A stretch of DNA of 64,000 nucleotides from an uncultured delta proteobacterium. GTDB lineage: Bacteria > Desulfobacterota > Binatia > Bin18. The notes beneath the pieces were generated by a model, which saw only the letters and a list, made by a program, of their open reading frames with translations, had not been told where the DNA came from and did not search any database. Of the stretch, positions 57,189 to 64,000 are shown in pieces (the first letter of the stretch is position 1; every line of letters starts with the position of its first letter). The position numbers were made by a program, and so were the translations under genes. The DNA is taken from NCBI GenBank assembly GCA_963733195.1, contig CAVTCR010000081.1, positions 1-64,000 on the forward strand, written 5' to 3'.

Positions 57189-59101
57189 AGGTACTCCTCT
57201 CGATTTCAGATGTTCGATCTATCTCGGTAGTAGTCACAATTGGAGAGGGCATATGATGTCTCCGGTATGTTGTATCAATATGCACACTCGTATGACATCC
57301 ACTTGGGGGTGACGAACCACACTGCTCGGCATTCGTTATGCACACCCAGTTATAAGTTCTTGCTCCGGCAGGGGGGGGGAAGGGCTGCAGAGCCACAGGG
57401 ATTAGGTTTGGTGGTGACGCGAGAGGCCGTCGCTGTCATCAACTTTCGATCCGTCCTCGTCAACCGTTCACATAGGTAGCGTAAGGTCCCTCCCCGCACC
57501 CGATGACTAAGTCTCGTGTGACATTCCTATACGACCATTGTTCTGATATTCTTTTTGTAAATATCACACTGAGAATGTCTTATTTTGAAAGAGGGTTTTA
57601 TGCGTCAAGGTGTAGCAATACCAGTGTCGCGGCTGTTCTCTGGGCATTTTCCTATCAGGCGAGATGGTCTCCGCCGGCGATGATAGTAGCAGTAGAGGGA
57701 AAGGAAAGAGAGGTAATCGAGGTGAGGAACTCTGGCTGCGGAGAGGTTTTGGGCAGGATCGGACACGGCCGGAACATGCAACTCGGCCGCGCCCGTTCTC
57801 TGTGGTCGACAGAATGCGTGCCGCCCACTCGGGGAACGCTGCCGACAGTGCAATAAAAGTCGTTCAACTGAATTCGTTTTTCGATAGATTAACCGTGGGG
57901 GCACACCTCTGCTGATTCCCGAGCACACCAAGGAAAGTAGATCGAGACAGTAGCAGCATGGGCACTCGTATTCTTGAAGTGACGTAACCTACAAGATACA
58001 ACTCATCTGACGTCACAATAAATGTCGATTAACATCTCGACGAACAACATTCGTGCTGCTCCATTGGCAGGCAGAAGTGCACGAAGCCGTCGATTAATAC
58101 AGCGAAACTACCCGGCACTCGCACCTCCGCGCAAGTACTCTGTGCTTTCTACAAGCAAAACTACGTTCACGAACTCAAACCTGAAAGGAAAAATCGGACG
58201 CGTCTGACCCTCGGGAACTACCGTACGGGTATCGACAGAACCGCGAACTATGACGACCTAATATATATAGGACAAGGGGAACGCTGTTGAGCCACAAGGA
58301 AAGTGTCGGGCTGGTGTCAAGTTTCTCGGCGCCGAATTTGCGCCCAAACTAGAAGGGCCCCGACCGTCATCACCCCAACCTGCAAGATGAGGAGGTGTTC
58401 AACAACCAGGAACATACAAAGAAGATGATAGAAAGATCCAGAACGACGATGTCAATCCTTCCCAGGGAATGTCTTGGCCCAATCTTGACTGTGCGATGTC
58501 TGTCTACTGGATACGAGAAGCAGCCGAGTTCGGCGGGAGAGCCGTGTTCCTCGATGATGCCAATGTCCCCAGCAAACTTCCGATACTGGCTGACCTCCAA
58601 ACATGCAGAAAGCAATGATCTCAACATTTCAGCCCCACCCATGTAGCGCTTGCTGACAGTAGAGCAACGGACGGATCATCCCTTCCCGGTACGCCCGGAA
58701 CGCTGAGATTCGCTCACCTCGATGCTGTCGCCTGGACGCTGGAGCGCTCGGGCGACCATCATCGAGGAATGTTGCCGAACCAAGGGTACCGCGAGCCCCA
58801 TCGATTCTACTACCAGTGACACTCGATGCCCTGCGTAACAACGGTGACATCCTGACGACACCTGAGACGTGTTAGCTTCGGCAGATTTCCACATCACGGC
58901 ATCTTCTCCGACTGGTCTGCAACAGTCGTCTGCTATGCAAACTGTAACGGATGAAGATGACAACTCAAAAACGATGCAGCGCGGATCTTGCTCGCTACGC
59001 CCACTCGTAAGTCAAGGACCACCTCCCGTTCAGCCAGGGCCTATCCTGTCCAGAAAGAAAACAGAAGGTGTCTGTGATAGGATGCTCCTACAACCGTTTC
59101 A

Positions 59102-60175
59102 TCACTCATCGTGCGAACATTCGGCGTGGCCTGCGTATTCGAACCACGTCGCCGGGGTTCTTTTCTTCAGCAAAGTCAGGTTTCCTGGCCGCATGCGAGC
59201 TGAAGCACCTGATACCGGCGCGAGACCCTGAGGCACACAGCGGGCGGCCTTCTCAAATAGCAGCAGTGATCTACGACGCCCCTCACCTGAATCCGAGACA
59301 CGCCCCGAGAAATTTGCCAAGTTGTTACCGATTTCTCCTCAGAGCAAAGCAAGATTAAATCCGACGAGCCACGAACCACGACACTGCCGCCCGCCACACT
59401 TCAGCAATATATGGAAGAAGTTAGCGAATGATACTGATAATGCTACAGATTGAGTAACAGTGTCTTATTTCAGCATCCGCTTTCCGGTACTCCTTCCCTC
59501 TCGTGGCAGTCTACCGTGAGATATTGAATCCTTCGGCGTAGGCCGCCATCAGGCCGTACTTCGATGCCGTTGTTGCCGCCCATTTTTTGACGAATGCCCA
59601 GCCCCAGACAGCCACCAGTGCAGATAATTTCCTCCTCCACTGTTCCCGAACATTTGCATGCCCAGGAGTGCGAGAAGGTACGCATCTCTCACCCGGGCCA
59701 ACGTCTCGGGAATCGGAATAAGGGTTTCTTGAACTCCCTGTTCAGGTACCACCAAATAATGAGACGATGACCAACCACCTCCAGGCCCAGATGCCAAACT
59801 GATGCCGAAGACATCGAGATAGTGAATCCCCTTGACTTTGAGATTGTTCGAGCCACGGATGTCGTTCAAATGTAATATCAATCTCCGCCGTCGATCACAA
59901 TGTAACTATGTGCTGGAGACGAGGAGCAAAATCGTCGGGAGCGTTCTCGTCGACCACCGCCTCGCACCATCACCCAGACTGCCCGTGGTGGAGTCGAATC
60001 GCTGGATGGATTCATTTACTATGGACGATGTTTCCTACAGCCCCTTCATGAACAAGCATCTGCACCAGTACATAGGATTCATGTCAAAACGACGCATAAA
60101 TGGTTCACCACGTAAGAGCCAGACGGCACCATGTACCCATTCTGCCAAGCCCAATCATCCCCAGTTCTTGCATCA
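59102..60175 (-). pseudogene. gnd: 6-phosphogluconate dehydrogenase (decarboxylating, short form), heavily disrupted or mis-sequenced
   Basis: collinear fragments LGMIGLGRMG, IDGG, KGIHYLDV, SGAGH, NGIEYGLMAAYAEGFNI, GRVSDSGEGR. Confidence 0.85.
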
Positions 60176-60460
60176 TCAATATCCTTTCTCACTGTTCTTC
60201 TGACATTTTTGTCTCTTTCATTGCAAACAAAGTGTCTCAGAGAAGAGCAAGCACGCGTGTGGTGAGCAATCATCAAAATCACTACAGTCGTCGCAATGAT
60301 ACACACGGTACAAGAACTGCGTAGATCACTTCTTTTACTGATATTCTTGCATGCGCTCTAACTTATAGAAGTGCTCAGTATGTGAAGTAGTAGTGAAGCC
60401 GGAACACTGTACAGACTTCATCGAGGAGTTTCGGTCGTTGACTTCTCGTCGTGTCAGGCA

Positions 60461-60579
60461 TATCAGGGCCAGTCATCGCGTCTTGAGATTGTTGAGAATA
60501 GAAACAGGGCAAAACTGCCCAAAAACCCGGTTCATATCGCATTATCAGGGCAAAATGGCAAGTTAATCAATGGTTAGCC
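60461..60579 (+). other. candidate attI-like/cassette entry site
   Basis: GTTAGCC core at 60573-60579; CAGGGC direct repeats at 60464, 60505, 60546; no attC palindrome upstream. Confidence 0.45.
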
Positions 60580-60622
60580 GCTGGCTTGGCTTATTCAGCA
60601 ATGTCTGCAAAAGTATGATCGG

Positions 60623-60856
60623 ATGCACTTTGAGATTATTGGAGACATTACTGACATTGAACCGATTGCAACTGGACCCAGTATCCGAATCCTCCCGTTT
60701 CTTCGCAAGCGCTATGGGAGAGGGCGATGGCGGAAACTCAAAGGAAAAGCCCTGGTGCGGCTTGCGGATGGAACCGTCCGGCGCGCCGAACTCCATTGGT
60801 TTGAAGCGCATGGCATCGGCAAACGGAAACTGCGGATCAAACGCTTCCTGGACTAA
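60623..60856 (+). CDS. small basic conserved hypothetical protein (putative toxin)
   Basis: IRIL..LRKRYGRGRWRKLKG.A.VRL.DG..RRAELHWFEAHGIG. Confidence 0.8.
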   Translation: MHFEIIGDITDIEPIATGPSIRILPFLRKRYGRGRWRKLKGKALVRLADGTVRRAELHWFEAHGIGKRKLRIKRFLD

Positions 60857-60861
60857 AGACT

Positions 60862-61095
60862 ATGCCTACACGAGTAAAACCCAAGCGACGATTTGCGATT
60901 TGTATTCGGGCCGATGACTCTGATTTGCTGACGCCCCGTCGGATTTACGAAATTCTCCCTGACGCAGACTCGGCCAAATCCCAGTACGTTCGGGTGATCG
61001 ACGATGAGGGCGAGGATTATTTATATCCGGCTTCATATTTTGTGGTTGTAGACTTTCCACCAGCAGTGGAACAAGCCTTATTGCAAGCGTCGTGA
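60862..61095 (+). CDS. small acidic partner protein (putative antitoxin)
   Basis: FAICI....DLLTPRRIYEILPD......VRVIDDEGEDYLYP..YF; 5 nt after the partner gene. Confidence 0.8.
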   Translation: MPTRVKPKRRFAICIRADDSDLLTPRRIYEILPDADSAKSQYVRVIDDEGEDYLYPASYFVVVDFPPAVEQALLQAS

Positions 61096-61112
61096 CATCC
61101 CGAAGTTGTCGC

Positions 61113-61217
61113 GGCTAACAAACGTCCTGGCAGCGGACGCGGCCCCTGTTGCGGATTCTGCTGAATCGTGAAAAGGCAGCGGTTGGGGGCCTTGCCGGCT
61201 GAGGGCAGACGTTAGGC
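61113..61217 (+). other. integron attC site
   Basis: R'' GGCTAAC (61113-61119) ... imperfect palindrome ... R' GTTAGGC (61211-61217), 17 nt after a stop codon. Confidence 0.8.
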
Positions 61218-61282
61218 TCCTTCGGCGGAGAATGACAGAAATCTCTGGATCTTATTACAATAGCGAAGGGTAAGGAGGTGAT

Positions 61283-62216
61283 ATGGATGTTAGGTCTCAT
61301 CCCTAATCGCGACAACTCGCACTGGTGATTTAGCCGCACTCGCTCGTCGTACAGAAACGATATGGGCTTCGACTCGCTCTGGATTCCCAGAACACTCGTG
61401 CTCCCCAGCGGTTCCCTTTCCCCGTTATCCTATTTCCTTCGTGGCCAGAGCACTATGGGCGCTGGGTCGATCCCTTTGTGGCGCTCACCGTGGCGGCAAC
61501 TGCGACCACAAGGCGACTCAAATTGGCCACCGGGGTGTTTGCCTCTTGCCCTAGCGCGACCCTCTGGTGACGGCCAAGGTCGTCCTGAACTCTGGACTAT
61601 TATTCTGGAGGGGGCGGGTTACTTGAGGCGTGGGGGCAGGAGGGCTCAAGGAAGAACTCGAAGTGATGGGGACGCCATTCCGATTGCGCTGGCAGCGGTT
61701 GCGGGAGACGGTGGAGGCGATGCGCGTCCTCTGGACGCAGGCAGAGGCGAGTTATATAGTGGGCTAAACTGGTGCAGTTTCCCGCAGTGCGGTGCGAGCC
61801 CAAGCCGGTTCAACTGGGCGGTCCCCCGATCTTGTTAGGCGGACATGGGCCGAAGGCGCTCGAACGGGTAGCGAGGAGTTATGATGGATGGTGTCCAATT
61901 GTTGTGGAGCCACAAAGTTTTGCAGAGGCGGTGACGATCCTGTGCCAGCTCACGCGCGAGGCGGGACGCAATCCGGAGGCATTGCAACTGAGTCCCTGTG
62001 TTGACCCTCAAGAAGGGGAATCTGTCCGGCGACACTCTGAAGGCGTATCGAGAGGCCGGAGCCACCCGGGTGGTGCTCCTTTCCCAACACATCGCGAGCG
62101 AGATGGCTGATGGGCAGGCAGCAGCGTGGATTGAGCGGCTGGCTCCTATCGTTGAGCGGGCACGACCTCTTATAAAGGAGGCTTCTTGGACAGCTAAGAT
62201 AATAGCAGGGGCGTAA
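61283..62216 (+). CDS. LLM-class F420-dependent oxidoreductase, frameshifted
   Basis: AAGGAGG RBS; GFDSLWIPEH, DPFVAL..AA..T...KLATG, PKPVQ..GPPILLGG, LERVAR.YDGW.P, AYREAGATR. Confidence 0.85.
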
Positions 62217-62249
62217 AGCAGGGCAGACAACAGCGAAGTGGTGCTCACG

Positions 62250-62770
62250 ACTAGGATTTGGCAGCCTGACTCCCATCAGGGCCCCGATGTCAAGTGGGCA
62301 GACGGATGCACTACGGGGGCGGGGTGGCCGTCCGAGAAACAAATGGTGAGTCGTCTTTGCCAAGCGATCGCGGCTGACTTCATTTCGGTTGCTGGTCACA
62401 GCCTGTGGGCTGCACCAAACACCTATAGAGGGTCAATGTTTCCGTGGACAATGTTCCACGGGAAACAGTGGCATCTCGCAGAACGCCACGCCCTAGAAAC
62501 ACTTCTGTGCCCTCATGCCGGTCTTCTCAATAGCAGCGGGTTGTGTCCAAAGACACTCCTAGTTAGTCTCAGACTCGGGGGAGGGGCAGCCACGGGACCC
62601 TTGGTGACGGATCACCAAGAAGATGAGCGGGAGAGACGGTCCAATCACGGCCTGCGGCTCCGGGCTTTCGTCCAGATATTCCCCACAGTCCGTGCTGTAT
62701 ATAAGGAAGAAGCATCAAGAGGGCTCTCCCTGTGTGGGCCAGTTAGACGGCGGGCTCCGTCTCTCCCCTC
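62250..62770 (-). ncRNA. candidate bridge/seek RNA region of the IS110 element
   Basis: hairpins TGTTTCCGTGGA..TTCCACGGGAAACA (62437-62467) and CTTGGTGA-CGGA-TCACCAAG (62600-62619); long stem GGGAGAGACGG/CCGTCTCTCCC (62629-62639/62757-62767). Confidence 0.55.
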
Positions 62771-62775
62771 AGCGG

Positions 62776-63818
62776 TTACGCGGTCACAAAGCGTTGCAGA
62801 TCAAACGCCTGTTCCCGCGTGAGCATGTAATACACGGCGCGGCCCAACTTGTGGGCGAGCACGGTGAGCGCTTTGGCTTTGCCGTGTTTGTGTTCGAGTG
62901 TGGCAAAATACTCTTTCCCCGGCTGACTCTGGCGGATAAACAGCACGGCGGCTTCGGCAAAAGCCCAGCGAAGATGGACGTTGCCAATCTTTTTGCCCGA
63001 AGTCCCCAGTCGTTTGCCATTGGATTCTTTGGCGCACTTCACCAAGCGACAGTAGGAGACAAAATCTTGTACACGGGGAAAGCGGCAATGTCCTGAATCT
63101 CATATAGGATGACCAACGCCAGAATCTGTCCGATCCCGGGAACCGACTGCAACCGGGCGAACGTCTGGACATCATCGGTTTTGGCACTGCGCGTGAGGTA
63201 GAGTTCCACTTCGCCTAATAACTGATCGTAGTGATCAATGAGCGACACGTCGACCTCGATTGCCTTGTGGACACTGGGATCGGGGAAATGGTCGGCGACA
63301 TCTTCGCGATTCGCTTTGTTCGCCAGCCGTTTGCCGATCTCCGGCAGATTGTACTGACTATTGGTATTGTGAATGTGCGCTAAGAGTTCGGCCCGTTTAC
63401 GGGCGAGATGACAGCGGCGCCGGAGTAAATCTCGCGTCGCCCGCATCTCTGAAGGATAGACATAGGCTTGGGGGAACATCCCACCGCGCAATAAGACGGC
63501 AATCTTCTGCGCATCAATTTTATCGTTCTTGGCTTTGCCCCCATGAATCGCCTTCATATAGAGGGCGTGTCCCAGAACGAAGGCAATCCCTTCCTTCTGA
63601 CACAGGTCCGCCAGCCAATACCACGTGAACATACATTCGACGCCGACGACCAGATCTTCACGATACGGGGCAATGAGCCGTAAAAATGCTTCCGGGGTCG
63701 TCGGCAAATTCTTGTGGACCAATTTCGTGCCGTGTTGATCGAGAATACAGACGTACATCGCTCGCGCATGTAGATCGATGCCACAATAGTGTTTATGTTG
63801 GTGCGTGTAAAAGTTCAT
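62776..63818 (-). CDS. IS110-family DEDD transposase/recombinase, frameshifted near 63080
   Basis: GIDLH, VGVEC, KNDKIDA (DEDD); SVPGIG; ESNGK; GNVHLRWAFAEAA; AHKLGRAVY. Confidence 0.95.
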
Positions 63819-63903
63819 CCAGGTTTCCTCCTTGGGGGGTGGATTGTTGGGATACAGCCATCCTACCGCTGCCACTCGCAGCAAAGGAGGCCTGGATGAG
63901 TAT

Positions 63904-63985
63904 CAAGGCGCGCCACCGCATCGCTGCCCTGTGGCGGTTCTGACTAAACCTGAAAGGATACATCTAGCCGCGGCGTGTGATGGCA
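63904..63985 (+). other. distal part of the interrupted attC-like site
   Basis: aaggcgcgccaccgcatcgctgccctgtggcggttctgactaaacctgaaagg resembles attC1 (..gccc.tgttgcggattctgctgaatcgtgaaaagg); R' not clear. Confidence 0.55.
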
Positions 63986-64000
63986 ACGGCATACTTAACC

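Larger units (their letters stand above)
62231..63905 (-). mobile_element. IS110-family (IS1111-like) element inserted in an attC-like site
   Basis: CA core at both junctions (62231-62232, 63904-63905); subterminal imperfect IR TGGTGCTCA (62239-62247) vs revcomp TGATACTCA (63897-63905); ~540-bp non-coding end 3' of the transposase. Confidence 0.85.

Noticed and set aside
57285-57315. Pho box upstream of the phosphatase
   Set aside because: ATGAC (57292) and GTGAC (57309) are 17 bp apart, not in 11-bp register; the region is error-rich so it cannot be supported
60528-60566. dif/Xer site
   Set aside because: Lacks the 11-6-11 layout and TTATGTTAAAT-like XerD arm
62238-62822. 194-aa + strand ORF in the IS110 end as an accessory protein
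   Set aside because: No RBS or family signal; overlaps the stem-rich region better explained as non-coding RNA on the opposite strand

Overview
Bacterial chromosomal window, probably from an uncorrected long-read MAG: at least 25 otherwise conserved genes carry frameshifts, and errors become severe at about 54.8-62 kb. Gene content and the heptamer/octamer intergenic repeats resemble Candidatus Binatia-type 'Deltaproteobacteria' (inference). In order: thiolase-like/OB-fold/hydrolase cluster; DUF433/DUF5615 and PIN/RHH toxin-antitoxin (TA) pairs; an IS5 element; moeA; a TetR-Rieske oxygenase-amidohydrolase operon; decayed T6SS fragments (tssM', tssE, tssF') with an IS1 remnant; purE, murF, cca; DUF47 and pit; a 6-kb tandem array of PIN/VapC TA modules separated by pyrimidine-rich repeat spacers; a giant signal-peptide Rhs/YD protein with a PEP-CTERM gene and a divergent wHTH-AAA regulator; a ~20-kb phosphate island (phoR, phoB, phoU, pstBACS, porin, receiver protein, rhlE, Na/Pi cotransporter, second pstS, terC, phosphatase) with at least seven 11-bp-period Pho-box arrays; a degraded gnd; and an integrase-less integron cassette array whose second attC is split by an IS110/IS1111-type element with a long structured non-coding end (candidate attC-targeting bridge/seek RNA). 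No CRISPR array, rRNA or tRNA was seen. All family assignments come from recognising motifs by eye, not from database searches.
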